Numbered from the stretch's first letter, positions 16,755 to 26,333 are shown. The stretch: DNA of 64,000 bases from an uncultured Candidatus Saccharibacteria bacterium (GCA_964642275.1 CAZXOA010000002.1:16019-80018), one strand, 5' to 3'. Made by a program: numbers and translations. The notes: generated from the sequence alone by a model not told the origin.

Positions 16755-17003
16755 ATGACAAAAAAAATCACCGTCTACACTACCAACACCTGCGCGTACT
16801 GCGTCATGGTCAAGAAGTATCTGGACAACAAAGGGCATGAGTACGAGGTGGTGAATCTCGACGATCAGCCGGACCGCCAGCAGGAAGCCCTAGCAATCAG
16901 CGGTGCGCTGACAGTGCCGGTGACAGTGGTCGAGAAAGAAGACGAGAGCAAGCACGTTGTTATTGGGTTTAACCTCTCGCAGCTTGCCCCGGCACTCGGG
17001 TAA
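16755..17003 (+). CDS. glutaredoxin-like protein (NrdH/YruB type)
   Basis: 82 aa with a CAYC redox motif in a thioredoxin-fold context. Confidence 0.8.
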   Translation: MTKKITVYTTNTCAYCVMVKKYLDNKGHEYEVVNLDDQPDRQQEALAISGALTVPVTVVEKEDESKHVVIGFNLSQLAPALG

Positions 17004-17048
17004 AAAGTCCCTGTCTGGCGGATTGCGGCGTTAAAAGCTGTGCTCCGC

Positions 17049-17074
17049 GGAAGCAGTATTGAAATACAGCTTCC
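17049..17074 (+). terminator. hairpin after the glutaredoxin-like gene (weak terminator candidate)
   Basis: GGAAGCaGTATtgaaATACaGCTTCC. Only a weak T-rich tail follows. Confidence 0.3.
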
Positions 17075-17162
17075 TTACGGTGCTCGCTTTTGCCTTGCAC
17101 TCCATCCAAACAAGAACTTTTTTAATCAGTGAGGTAGACTAGAGGAAAAGAGGTAACTGGTT

Positions 17163-18113
17163 ATGAGTGAGCAGAAGGTACACGAGCTAGTAATTATCGG
17201 GGCGGGGCCGGCTGCCCTGAGCGCAGCTATTTATACGACGCGCGAAGATATCCAGACAACTTTGTACGAAAAAGCTGTGCCCGGCGGCTTGATTTCTACG
17301 ACTGACTGGGTGGATAATTACCCGGGCTTCCCCGATGGAGTTGCCGGGCTCGAGCTGGGCGATGCTATGCGCAAGCAGGCCGAACGTTTTGGCGCAGTTA
17401 TTGAACTCGGCGAAGTCACCGGCATCAAAAAAGACGATGATCTTGTTGTTTTGGATACAACAGATGGTGAAGTGAAGGCCAAGGTCGTGCTGGTTGCCAC
17501 TGGCGCTGGTTATAAAAAGGTCGGCGTGCCAGGTGAGGAAGAATTTTATGCCCGCGGTGTGCACTACTGCGCCACTTGCGACGGGGCGTTCTATCGAGAC
17601 AAACGGCTAGTAGTAATTGGCGGCGGTAATTCAGCTGTTCAAGAAGCCATGTTCCTGACTCGGTTTGCCAGCCATATAGATATGCTGGTGCGGAGTGACT
17701 TTCGTGCCTCTGATGTACTCGTCCACGAGTTGGAAGAGAAGTTTGCTGACAAGATTACCGTACACAAGCAGACAACAACCGATGAAATCGTCGGCGGTGA
17801 CGTCGATGGCATGAATAAAGTCACCAAAGTCATTGGGACCGACAAGTCAACCGGCAACAAAGTCGAATTCGAAACAGATGGCGTATTCGTGTTTGTAGGC
17901 CTTGATCCAAACACCAAGTTTCTACAAAACAGCGATGTCGAACTGGACGAGATCGGCTTTATCAAAGCCGATGCTGACAAACTAGAGACAACCATTCCGG
18001 GCGTGTTCGTAGCTGGCGATTGCCGCCAAGGCTCAACCATGCAAATCGCCACTGCCGTCGGTGAGGGTGCCACCGCCGCCCTCCGCATCCGCGAATACCT
18101 CGAAAAAATGTAA
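17163..18113 (+). CDS. trxB: thioredoxin-disulfide reductase
   Basis: GAGPAA FAD motif, CATCDG redox centre and GGGNSA NADPH motif. Confidence 0.95.
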   Translation: MSEQKVHELVIIGAGPAALSAAIYTTREDIQTTLYEKAVPGGLISTTDWVDNYPGFPDGVAGLELGDAMRKQAERFGAVIELGEVTGIKKDDDLVVLDTTDGEVKAKVVLVATGAGYKKVGVPGEEEFYARGVHYCATCDGAFYRDKRLVVIGGGNSAVQEAMFLTRFASHIDMLVRSDFRASDVLVHELEEKFADKITVHKQTTTDEIVGGDVDGMNKVTKVIGTDKSTGNKVEFETDGVFVFVGLDPNTKFLQNSDVELDEIGFIKADADKLETTIPGVFVAGDCRQGSTMQIATAVGEGATAALRIREYLEKM

Positions 18114-18359
18114 AAGCACTTGTATAAATATCGAACAAGGGTATAGTATCTTTATCATTTGAGGAGTAATTTGATGGAGAAGAGAGAGAACATGCTCTCG
18201 TAGTAGACTCGAGCGATATCGGTGACACAGGCGATGTTTTAGCAGTAGATACCGGATTCCTGAATGTTGCATCTTTCCGCAACTTGAAGTCCGGAGAGAT
18301 TAAGGTCGCTCAGCTGGGGATAGCGTTGGTTATCACAACTAACCCCTTGTGTTCAACGA

Positions 18360-19013
18360 CTAGATCTTATACTGGTCGGGGTAATCAGTAATCACCGCAT
18401 ATAGTCCGTAACCTTGCCACTTTTTTGCTTTGACTGGATTGTTGAGAGTGTAGGTGGATAATTTGTAGCCGCTACGCGCAACGCTCTTGATAAACCCGCC
18501 CCAAAGCCATTTTTGGTTCATGGTGACATACTTTGTGCCGAGTCTGCGGGCACGGGACGAGGCTCTCACGCCTGACCACGCTTCGTTTACAGCAAGGGTT
18601 ACGTTTGGCAGCTGCTGCTTTACTGCTTGCAAAAGCTTGTAGTCAAACGAAGAAATCGTAATAAGTTCTGTGTCCAGTCCAGAGTCCAGGTGCTGCTGCA
18701 GACAGTCGACAACTGGGGTTGCGGTAACACGAGGCTTAATTTCTATAACGAGTCGCGTCTTGTTCTGCAGGAAGCGGAGCAGATCATCGAGCGTGAGGAG
18801 GTCGGTGTGCTGCTTCCTTAACTCATCAAGGGTCAGGCGCGAGAGCGGTACCTTACCTATCTTTGCATCATGAAAAATAATAGGCACCTTATCTGCTGTT
18901 ACGCGGACGTCAAACTCGACTCCGTCTACATTGGCATCAAGGGCAGCCTGAAAGCTGGCAAGGGTATTCTCTGGAGCCAAACCTTTGGCGCCGCGGTGGC
19001 CTATGATTAACAT
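18360..19013 (-). CDS. glycerophosphodiester phosphodiesterase family protein
   Basis: IIGHRGAKGLAPENT and FDVRVT motifs of the GDPD family. Confidence 0.85.
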   Translation of the reverse strand: MLIIGHRGAKGLAPENTLASFQAALDANVDGVEFDVRVTADKVPIIFHDAKIGKVPLSRLTLDELRKQHTDLLTLDDLLRFLQNKTRLVIEIKPRVTATPVVDCLQQHLDSGLDTELITISSFDYKLLQAVKQQLPNVTLAVNEAWSGVRASSRARRLGTKYVTMNQKWLWGGFIKSVARSGYKLSTYTLNNPVKAKKWQGYGLYAVITDYPDQYKI

Positions 19014-19054
19014 CGGTATGTAGTGTACAATAGAACCGAAGAAAAGGAGAAATT

Positions 19055-19585
19055 ATGGCGGACTTTAACGTAGTGTACGACGCAGGCGATGTAGACGGTG
19101 GTGTCATAAATGTAATCAATGAGATTCCAAAGGGCTCTAATCTCAAGATTGAGTGGAACCGCAAGCTGGCGGCTTTTGAACTGGACCGCGTAGAGCCTCA
19201 GATCTTTGCCAAGCCGTGCAATTACGGTTTTATTCCACAGACATTGGACGATGATGGCGATGAGCTGGATGTTTTGCTTCTGATCGACGCTGCAGTCCCT
19301 ACCGGCGTGAAGGTTGATGGCCGTATCGTCGGTATCATGAATTTTGAAGACGACGGCGAGATGGACCACAAAGTGATTTGTGTTGCAGATGATGACCGTC
19401 ACTGGGGCAAGGATATCCAGGACATCAACGACATATCAGATGCGTGGAAGAAGCAGATCGAGCACCACTTCAGCCACTATAAGGACCTCAAGAAGCCCGG
19501 CAGTACTAAGGTGCTTGGTTTTGGAAATGTCGCAGACGCGAAAGCCACTATCAAGGAGTGTCAAAAGCGCTGGACAGAGCAATAA
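19055..19585 (+). CDS. ppa: inorganic pyrophosphatase (family I)
   Basis: Family I PPase pattern (YGFIPQTL..DGDELDVL). AAGGAG Shine-Dalgarno. Confidence 0.95.
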   Translation: MADFNVVYDAGDVDGGVINVINEIPKGSNLKIEWNRKLAAFELDRVEPQIFAKPCNYGFIPQTLDDDGDELDVLLLIDAAVPTGVKVDGRIVGIMNFEDDGEMDHKVICVADDDRHWGKDIQDINDISDAWKKQIEHHFSHYKDLKKPGSTKVLGFGNVADAKATIKECQKRWTEQ

Positions 19586-19589
19586 GGAC

Positions 19590-20162
19590 ATGAGTGAGCA
19601 CATGCCTTCTGTCAACAAAGAACGGATTACACACCAAGGTCAAATAGTCGAGGTTGTCCAATGTGACGTGGAAGTTGCACCAGGCAAGATAAAGACTTTT
19701 GAGAAAGCCCGCCGGGCTCCTGGCACACGATTAATCATCCCGACCGAAACAGGCATACTGCTGACAAAAGAGTTTCGGCACGAAATCGGTGGCTATGATT
19801 ACCGTCTGCCTGGTGGCAAAGTATTTGATTCGCTTAAGGAGTATAACGGCTTTTTGTCCTCTGGCCAGGATATTCTAGGACCCGCAACAGCCAAAGCGAA
19901 AGCTGAGGCTCGAGAAGAAGCGGGCGTTATTACAGAAGACCTGCGTCACTTTCACACTTCAAAATGCGGTGCCACGGTTGAGTGGGATTTGTTCTATTTT
20001 GTGGTTGATCAGCATCAGCGTACCGATCAGGCGCTTGAAGAGGGTGAGGATGCGGAGGTTGTTGAGGTATCTAGAGAAGAAGCCAAAAGAATGTGTCTGG
20101 ATGGCCGTATGGACGAAGAGCGTTCTGCTCTGGTGCTGCTCAGGTATCTTGCTCAAGAATAA
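19590..20162 (+). CDS. NUDIX hydrolase (ADP-ribose pyrophosphatase-like)
   Basis: Nudix-like box LPGGK...AEAREEAGV with an insertion. ATG 19590 sits just after the ppa stop. The longer ORF from 19380 overlaps ppa and is rejected. Confidence 0.7.
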   Translation: MSEHMPSVNKERITHQGQIVEVVQCDVEVAPGKIKTFEKARRAPGTRLIIPTETGILLTKEFRHEIGGYDYRLPGGKVFDSLKEYNGFLSSGQDILGPATAKAKAEAREEAGVITEDLRHFHTSKCGATVEWDLFYFVVDQHQRTDQALEEGEDAEVVEVSREEAKRMCLDGRMDEERSALVLLRYLAQE

Positions 20163-20232
20163 TCTTGTAGAAACACGCTTACGCTTATACAATACCTCTT
20201 AGACAGAAAATAAAACTCTAGCGGGAGCACAT

Positions 20233-21282
20233 ATGAAAACACGGGTGGCGATAAATGGTTTCGGGCGTATCGGCCGAAACGCTTTTAAGATTGCATTTGC
20301 GCGTAGCGACATAGAAGTGGTCGCAATCAACGACCTGACAGATACCAAGACACTGGCATATCTACTCAAGCATGACAGTAACTACGGCACGTATGACCAG
20401 AAGGTTGATCACGACGAAAATAACCTGATCGTTGACGGCAAGAAGATAAAGGTTATAGCAGAGAAGGACCCCGCTGCATTGCCATGGGGTGAGAACCATA
20501 TTGATGTGGTTATCGAATCGACCGGACGTTTTACTGACAAAGAGAGTGCCGAACTACATATCAAGGCGGGTGCGAAGCGCGTGGTCATCTCTGGCCCGAC
20601 CAAGAGCGAGGGTGTCGACACAATCGTACTTGGTGCAAACGATGATTCACTCGATGGCGCAACTGAGGTTATCAGTAATGCGTCATGTACAACCAACTCA
20701 CTAGGCGCTGTCATGGCAGTGCTCGATGGCGAATTCGGCGTTGAGAAGTCGCTTCTTACAACGGTACACAGCTACACCGCAAGCCAGGCTTTGCAGGACG
20801 CACCTGCCAAGGATCTGCGCGAAGGTCGCAACGCTGCAGAAAATATCGTGCCAACAACCACTGGCGCAGCTATCGCGGTGTCGTTGGCACTCCCGCAGCT
20901 CAAGGGCAAGTTTGATGGCCTCAGTATTCGTGTCCCAACCCCAGTGGTCTCGATCAGTGATATTACGATTCTTTTCAAGCGTGATGTGACTGTTGAGGAG
21001 ATCAATGATGCTTTCAAAAAGGCTGCCAAAGATCCGTTTTATCAAGGTATCCTGGGCGTATCAGAAGAGCCGCTTGTCAGCTCAGACTACATCGGCAACA
21101 GCCACTCCGGCACTGTTGACCTGCTTCTTACAAAAGTAGTTGGCGGGAATCTTGGCAAGGTGATGGTCTGGTATGACAACGAGTGGGGTTACAGTAACCG
21201 CCTGGTTGAAGTCGTGGCTGATACTGGCAAGGATCTTCATAAGAAGGGTCATCATAGCTCTCACCACGCAGCTGGCCACTAA
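20233..21282 (+). CDS. gap: type I glyceraldehyde-3-phosphate dehydrogenase
   Basis: INGFGRIGR and SNASCTTN active site. Unusual His-rich C-terminal tail KKGHHSSHHAAGH. Confidence 0.95.
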   Translation: MKTRVAINGFGRIGRNAFKIAFARSDIEVVAINDLTDTKTLAYLLKHDSNYGTYDQKVDHDENNLIVDGKKIKVIAEKDPAALPWGENHIDVVIESTGRFTDKESAELHIKAGAKRVVISGPTKSEGVDTIVLGANDDSLDGATEVISNASCTTNSLGAVMAVLDGEFGVEKSLLTTVHSYTASQALQDAPAKDLREGRNAAENIVPTTTGAAIAVSLALPQLKGKFDGLSIRVPTPVVSISDITILFKRDVTVEEINDAFKKAAKDPFYQGILGVSEEPLVSSDYIGNSHSGTVDLLLTKVVGGNLGKVMVWYDNEWGYSNRLVEVVADTGKDLHKKGHHSSHHAAGH

Positions 21283-21285
21283 AGG

Positions 21286-21294
21286 TGCTACTAT
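21286..21294 (+). promoter_or_regulatory. extended -10 TGcTACTAT 6 nt before the rpiB ATG
   Basis: ggTGcTACTATagttatATG. Confidence 0.5.
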
Positions 21295-21300
21295 AGTTAT

Positions 21301-21795
21301 ATGAAAGTAGCAGTTACGACTGATCATACAGGTCTGGCATATGGTGAGGTGTATGAGGCTATAAAGACTTTTGTAGCCGGTCTAGGGCATGAGGTTGTTG
21401 ATTTTGGGCCAAAAGAACTCGACATGGATGATGATTACCCAGAGCTCATCTCTCCAGCAGCCCGCGCTGTTGCTGAGGGTACCGCCGACGCGGCAATTAT
21501 CATGGGTGGTAGTGGTCAGGGCGAAGCAATGGCAGCCAATCGAATGAAGGGTATTCGTTGCACCCTGTTCTACGGGCCGGCACTTGCCAAGCAGCCTATT
21601 GATGCCGAGGGCAACATGAGTGATGACCCATACGAAATCCTGCGCCTCAGCCGTCAGCATAATCATGCAAATGTACTCAGTCTGTCATCGCGCTTTTTAA
21701 CTCTTGATGAAATGAAGCGCGCCATTCAGATCTGGCTTGAGACGCCGCATAGCACTGAAGAACGCCACGCCAGAAGAGTTGCGCAACTGGGTTAA
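21301..21795 (+). CDS. rpiB: ribose-5-phosphate isomerase B (RpiB/LacA/LacB family)
   Basis: RpiB family pattern (IIMGGSGQGEAMAANR). Confidence 0.9.
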   Translation: MKVAVTTDHTGLAYGEVYEAIKTFVAGLGHEVVDFGPKELDMDDDYPELISPAARAVAEGTADAAIIMGGSGQGEAMAANRMKGIRCTLFYGPALAKQPIDAEGNMSDDPYEILRLSRQHNHANVLSLSSRFLTLDEMKRAIQIWLETPHSTEERHARRVAQLG

Positions 21796-21814
21796 ATAAA
21801 AAGGAGAATCGATC

Positions 21815-22615
21815 ATGGAACCACAGAACTACAATCAGCCAACCAATATGCAGCAGATGGCAAGTCCTCTGATGCCACCGACCGAGCCCGAAAAGAAACG
21901 CTTTCCGCGCAAGCTTCTGATCCTATTCTTGATAGCAGATATTATCATAGTTGGTGCGGTTATCTGGTGGTTTGTTGTGCGCGATTCGGGTCAGGATACG
22001 AATCAGCCGGCTGCCAACAATCAATCCCAATCAGTCACTGAGCCAGAGGACGAGACAGAGCCTGAGAGGATAGTCACAACGCATGTTTCCGGTCTAGAGC
22101 ACCGCTCTACAGCCAGTTTTGAGCACCCCAAGGATTGGACGGTTATCGAAGAGACCGATGCGATTTTTGAGACCTATACAATCAAGAGTACAACCATAGT
22201 GGCGCCAAAAGGTCTCAGGATAAAAATAACCGACAAGGATGGTATCGGTGGCGGGTGTTATCCAGAGTCCCAGACATATACATTGGTCAAGAAGCTGACT
22301 ACGCAAACCCCGGGCATGTCTTTTAAGCAGTTTACCGTGGCAGGCAATAGCGAGGATTCGCATCCATTCTTTGTGCTCGACACCGATGGTACTGTGGCGT
22401 CAATGTCTGCGTCTTATGCGCTAAAGGAGGGCGAGAGCATCACGGGTGAATGCGCGGTCAATACCTTTCCTTCGGTAGGCAGAGCCGGCGTGTTTGTTGA
22501 TGTGATGACAGGTTCTACGGATAGAACAGTCCAGACATGGGATCTCATCAAGGATGATGCCGAATTTGTACGCACGCTGCAGAGTATGAAAGCCGAGGAT
22601 AAGTCAGGTAACTGA
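21815..22615 (+). CDS. hypothetical membrane-anchored protein
   Basis: AAGGAG Shine-Dalgarno. One TM helix (LLILFLIADIIIVGAVIWWFVV), then an extracytoplasmic domain with no recognisable family. Confidence 0.65.
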   Translation: MEPQNYNQPTNMQQMASPLMPPTEPEKKRFPRKLLILFLIADIIIVGAVIWWFVVRDSGQDTNQPAANNQSQSVTEPEDETEPERIVTTHVSGLEHRSTASFEHPKDWTVIEETDAIFETYTIKSTTIVAPKGLRIKITDKDGIGGGCYPESQTYTLVKKLTTQTPGMSFKQFTVAGNSEDSHPFFVLDTDGTVASMSASYALKEGESITGECAVNTFPSVGRAGVFVDVMTGSTDRTVQTWDLIKDDAEFVRTLQSMKAEDKSGN

Positions 22616-22713
22616 CCCTATAATTTGACCGATGAGGGAGAATTATATGCCGAACCAGAGTTACTCCATCTATAAAAGTCAGAGAGTAACGCTGCGTGAA
22701 GCTATATCTTCAC

Positions 22714-22732
22714 ATTATATCACACTTGTCAA
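22714..22732 (-). promoter_or_regulatory. dispersed repeat copy: ACTTGACA-N7-TATAAT with TGaTATAAT extended -10
   Basis: The minus strand reads TACTTGACAAGTGTGATATAATGTGAAGATATAGCT. Confidence 0.45.
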
Positions 22733-22797
22733 GTAAAGTAAAGCTTCAGGCCATGAACACCTCTGTTATTTTTAAGGACATGGTGTTCTTGGCTTCT

Positions 22798-22823
22798 CAG
22801 CTAATTTCTTAAGAAATTAGCTG
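22798..22823. repeat. 26-nt perfect palindrome CAGCTAATTTCTTAAGAAATTAGCTG
   Basis: Read directly. Intergenic, upstream of the rpe-like gene. Confidence 0.9.
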
Positions 22824-22912
22824 CCCCACGTAAACGTGGGTGCATATAATTCTCGCTTACCGCTCAAATTATCACTATTTACACCTGTTGATAAACTGTT
22901 TATGCTTGAGGT

Positions 22913-23554
22913 ATGAAAGCGGTGATATGCCCGACGGTGATGGGGGCAAGTTCTAAGGAATATCGAGAAGCAATTGAGCGGATTGCCGAGTTTGCTGAGC
23001 GGATTCATATTGATTTTGCCGACGGCGTGTTTGCGCCGACCAAACTGGAGCCGATCGAGGACGCTTGGTGGCCGCTGGGTTTGATTGTGGATTTTCATAT
23101 TATGTACCAGAAGCCGCTGGAGCACCTCGAGACGGTGATTGTACACCAGCCGGACCTAGCCATCGTACATGCTGAGGCAGATGGTGCGTGGGAGTTCTTG
23201 CAGGAGCTGGAGGGTCTGGGGATTCGCCGCGGCGTGGCATTGCTCAAGGATACTCCGGCGGGCGTTATCAAGGACCATCTCGATGATATCGACCACGTAC
23301 TGGTATTCAGCGGCGACCTTGGCTATTACGGCGGCAAGGCAGATTTTGGCTTGCTAAAAAAAGTCGAAGAGCTCATGATCATGAAGCCGACGCTGGAAAT
23401 CGGCTGGGACGGCGGGATTAATGAGCAGACAGCGCGTACGTTAGCAGAAGGTGGCGTCAATGTCTTGAACGTGGGCGGCGCTATCCAAAAGGCCGCCGAT
23501 CCTGAAAGTGCCTATGAAACCTTAGTGCGGGCCGCCGAAGGCAAATCTGCCTAA
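22913..23554 (+). CDS. ribulose-phosphate 3-epimerase family protein (divergent)
   Basis: TIM-barrel Rpe-like blocks HIDFADGVFAP, DFHIMY, VLVFSGDLGYYGGKADF and IGWDGGIN. Confidence 0.7.
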   Translation: MKAVICPTVMGASSKEYREAIERIAEFAERIHIDFADGVFAPTKLEPIEDAWWPLGLIVDFHIMYQKPLEHLETVIVHQPDLAIVHAEADGAWEFLQELEGLGIRRGVALLKDTPAGVIKDHLDDIDHVLVFSGDLGYYGGKADFGLLKKVEELMIMKPTLEIGWDGGINEQTARTLAEGGVNVLNVGGAIQKAADPESAYETLVRAAEGKSA

Positions 23555-24364
23555 GGAAAACGTTCTTTTATCGCTTGCAGGGGTAGTTGCGGGTGTGTAG
23601 CAGATGCCAAGTGCCCGTAGTCGCGTAAAAGAGTGCATCCCCTCAGTTGGATGGGAGACGGTTTCACCCAGTATGAGCGGTGTCCTGGGATGGTTGATTG
23701 GCCGATAAAAGCGTTTGTCCTGTTTCCTGATAAGTCCCCCGTAAAGTCTCGGGTTATTCTTTCTGTCAAGTCCGACCACCGCTAACCCGGCCCTGCGCGC
23801 ATAGTATTTTGCACGTTCTTCGCTGATAATATAGGCGGATTTATAGGCTGCGGCGCCCAGGGCCTGTAGGATGCTCGGGGGCGTTTCGTGGTAGCCCTCT
23901 TGCGTAAGCACGAGCGGCGGAGTGGTGACGGTATCGTTTGCTTGCGGCTCGCCAAGGTATGCGTCTCGTCTCGCATAGCGTTCTTTGCTCTCTACGCGTC
24001 TCCTCACGTCTTGACTATGGTAGTGGGCTCCATGAGCACGGCGGCTCTCGTTAAAAGGGTGCAGCTCCTCCATATCCAGAAGCAGTACTGTACCCGGTTG
24101 ATTGAAATACGAAGGCTTGTCAATGGGGGTTACCTGTGTGCCTCCTCTTGTTTCCCAAGCTACGGTCTGTATGCCCTCTAGTGTATTAACGCATGCTTCT
24201 ATAGCAGCCCGGTACATCTCTTCGCCGATTCCAAGATGCCGTTTTGCACGTTTAGGAAATGCTGGGGGTGTTTGATATTCCGTGCTGGGCGTTGGTACTT
24301 GCCAATAATCGAGCCTGAAAACTTGCTCGCTCGGCGGGAGTTCAGATAAGGGTTTCGCAGTCAT
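23522..24364 (-). CDS. hypothetical protein (280 aa), orphan on the opposite strand
   Basis: Long ORF with no competing + strand ORF. No recognisable domain, Shine-Dalgarno or clear promoter. 33-nt convergent overlap with the rpe-like gene. Confidence 0.6.
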   Translation of the reverse strand: MTAKPLSELPPSEQVFRLDYWQVPTPSTEYQTPPAFPKRAKRHLGIGEEMYRAAIEACVNTLEGIQTVAWETRGGTQVTPIDKPSYFNQPGTVLLLDMEELHPFNESRRAHGAHYHSQDVRRRVESKERYARRDAYLGEPQANDTVTTPPLVLTQEGYHETPPSILQALGAAAYKSAYIISEERAKYYARRAGLAVVGLDRKNNPRLYGGLIRKQDKRFYRPINHPRTPLILGETVSHPTEGMHSFTRLRALGICYTPATTPASDKRTFSLGRFAFGGPH

Positions 24365-24450
24365 GGCTGGGTAGAATCCGCTTGTCTATTGATGTTAATT
24401 CTAATTGAAATCTGCTAGACTACAAGCATTAGCGTAACAGAGAGACAAAC

Positions 24451-25350
24451 ATGACAGACGCACAGCATTTGACTTTGCACGAACTTGAACTGAAGGCCAA
24501 TGATATCCGCCAAGATATCATCAAGATGCTTGAGGAGGCTGGTTCTGGGCACTCCGCCGGGCCGCTTGGGCTCGCAGACATTTTTACGGCGCTCTATTTT
24601 GACATTATGAAACACGACCCCAAGAATCCTACTTGGGAAAAGCGCGACATCTTCCTGCTCAGCAATGGCCACACGGTGCCGGTGCAGTACGCCACCATGG
24701 CTCATGCGGGCTACTTTCCAAAGAGCGAGCTTATGACGCTGCGCAAATTCGGGTCGCGCCTGCAGGGCCATCCAGAAAGAATATCCCTGCCGGGGCTTGA
24801 GAATACCAGCGGCCCGCTTGGCTGCGGCCTAAGCCAAGCAGCCGGTATGGCGCTGGCGATGCGGATGAACCAAGATATGCAGCGCTGGGTATATGTGGTG
24901 ATGGGCGACGGCGAGCTCAACGAAGGAAATATCTGGGAAGCGGCCATGTTCACCGCCAAGTATGGCTTGAATAACGTCATCGGCATTGTCGACCGCAACT
25001 ATATCCAGATTGACGGGCCGACAGAAGAGGTGATGCCTCTTGATGACCTCAAGATGAAATGGGAGGGCTTTGGCTGGCACACGATTGAGATTGATGGCAA
25101 CAACATCGAGGCGATTATTGATGCGTGCGCGATGGCGCGCGCCGTTGCTGACAAGCCAACTGTCATCATTGCGCACACTGTGCCCGGTAAGGACGTCGGC
25201 TACATGGAATACGATTATCGCTGGCACGGTATGCCGCCGGGACTCAATGATGTACCGGGAGATCCGCCCAAGGCCGATCAGGCTAAGGTAGCGCTCAAGG
25301 ATCTCAGGACTCTCAGGGGTAAGATCAAAAGCGAAGGGTACTACGAATAA
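24451..25350 (+). CDS. transketolase, N-terminal (TPP-binding) subunit
   Basis: Split transketolase: GHSAGPLG, GDGELNEGNIWEA. Confidence 0.95.
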   Translation: MTDAQHLTLHELELKANDIRQDIIKMLEEAGSGHSAGPLGLADIFTALYFDIMKHDPKNPTWEKRDIFLLSNGHTVPVQYATMAHAGYFPKSELMTLRKFGSRLQGHPERISLPGLENTSGPLGCGLSQAAGMALAMRMNQDMQRWVYVVMGDGELNEGNIWEAAMFTAKYGLNNVIGIVDRNYIQIDGPTEEVMPLDDLKMKWEGFGWHTIEIDGNNIEAIIDACAMARAVADKPTVIIAHTVPGKDVGYMEYDYRWHGMPPGLNDVPGDPPKADQAKVALKDLRTLRGKIKSEGYYE

Positions 25351-26321
25351 TGAACCTACATTTAGCAGATCTATCTGGTGAACTTGTGAAGGAGCCGACG
25401 CGCAAGGGCTTTGGGCGCGGACTTAAGATTGCTGGCGAACAGGATGAAAACGTGGTTGCGGCGTCAGCAGACCTGACCGATTCAACACAGATAAGCTTGT
25501 TCAAAGAAGCATTTCCTAATCGGTTTATTGAAGTCGGTGTCGCCGAGCAGAACCTCGTGACGGTTGGCTCGGGTCTTGCCGCGATGGGCAAAATCCCGTT
25601 TGTGAGCAGCTATGCGGCTTTTAGCCCCGGGCGCAACTGGGAACAAATCCGTACGACTATTTGTCTGAATGACCGGCCAGTCAAGATCGTTGGTTCGCAT
25701 GCGGGCCTCAGCGTGGGCCCGGACGGTGCCACACATCAGATGTTAGAGGACATTGCGATTATGCGTGCGCTGCCGAATATGGTAGTGCTGGCACCCGGTG
25801 ATGCAGTTGAGGCTGAAAAGATGACCATCGCTATGGCCAAAGACAAGCGGCCAAACTACATGCGGCTGGCGCGCGAAGCCTCACCTGTATTTACAACCAA
25901 AGATACGCCGTTCGAAATTGGCAAGGCATATGTGCTCCGTGAGGGATCAGATGTGACCCTGATTGCAACGGGTGTGATGACATATAACGCTCTGGTAGCG
26001 GCCGACAAACTGGCCAAGGACGGCATCTCTGCAGAGGTTGTGCATGTGCCGACCATCAAGCCGCTTGATAACGAGACAATTCTTAAGAGTGTTCAGAAGA
26101 CTGGCGCGGTTGTTACTGCCGAGGAGCATCAGATTACCGGGGGTCTTGGCGGAGCAATTGCCGAGCTGCTTGCCGAAGAACTGCCGACGCCGCTTGCCCG
26201 TGTTGGTGTCAAGGATCGTTTCGGCGAGTCCGGCACACCGGATGAACTGTTCGAAAAATTCGGCTTGACGCCAAAACATATTACTCTGGCGGCGCATCAG
26301 GTTCTCGATAAGAAAGGATAG
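25350..26321 (+). CDS. transketolase, C-terminal (pyrimidine-binding) subunit
   Basis: TAATG junction with the N-terminal subunit. FIEVGVAEQN and GPDGATHQ motifs. Confidence 0.95.
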   Translation: MNLHLADLSGELVKEPTRKGFGRGLKIAGEQDENVVAASADLTDSTQISLFKEAFPNRFIEVGVAEQNLVTVGSGLAAMGKIPFVSSYAAFSPGRNWEQIRTTICLNDRPVKIVGSHAGLSVGPDGATHQMLEDIAIMRALPNMVVLAPGDAVEAEKMTIAMAKDKRPNYMRLAREASPVFTTKDTPFEIGKAYVLREGSDVTLIATGVMTYNALVAADKLAKDGISAEVVHVPTIKPLDNETILKSVQKTGAVVTAEEHQITGGLGGAIAELLAEELPTPLARVGVKDRFGESGTPDELFEKFGLTPKHITLAAHQVLDKKG

Positions 26322-26333
26322 GACGTAGCAGAG

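Noticed and set aside
18114-18359. 245-bp convergent spacer between trxB and the GDPD gene, checked for a tRNA or small RNA
   Set aside because: There is no cloverleaf and no T-loop (GTTCRA) or anticodon-arm geometry. It contains only a bipartite hairpin (CCGGA...GTTGC-loop-GCAAC...TCCGG) and a 9-codon ORF. This is not enough to call a feature.
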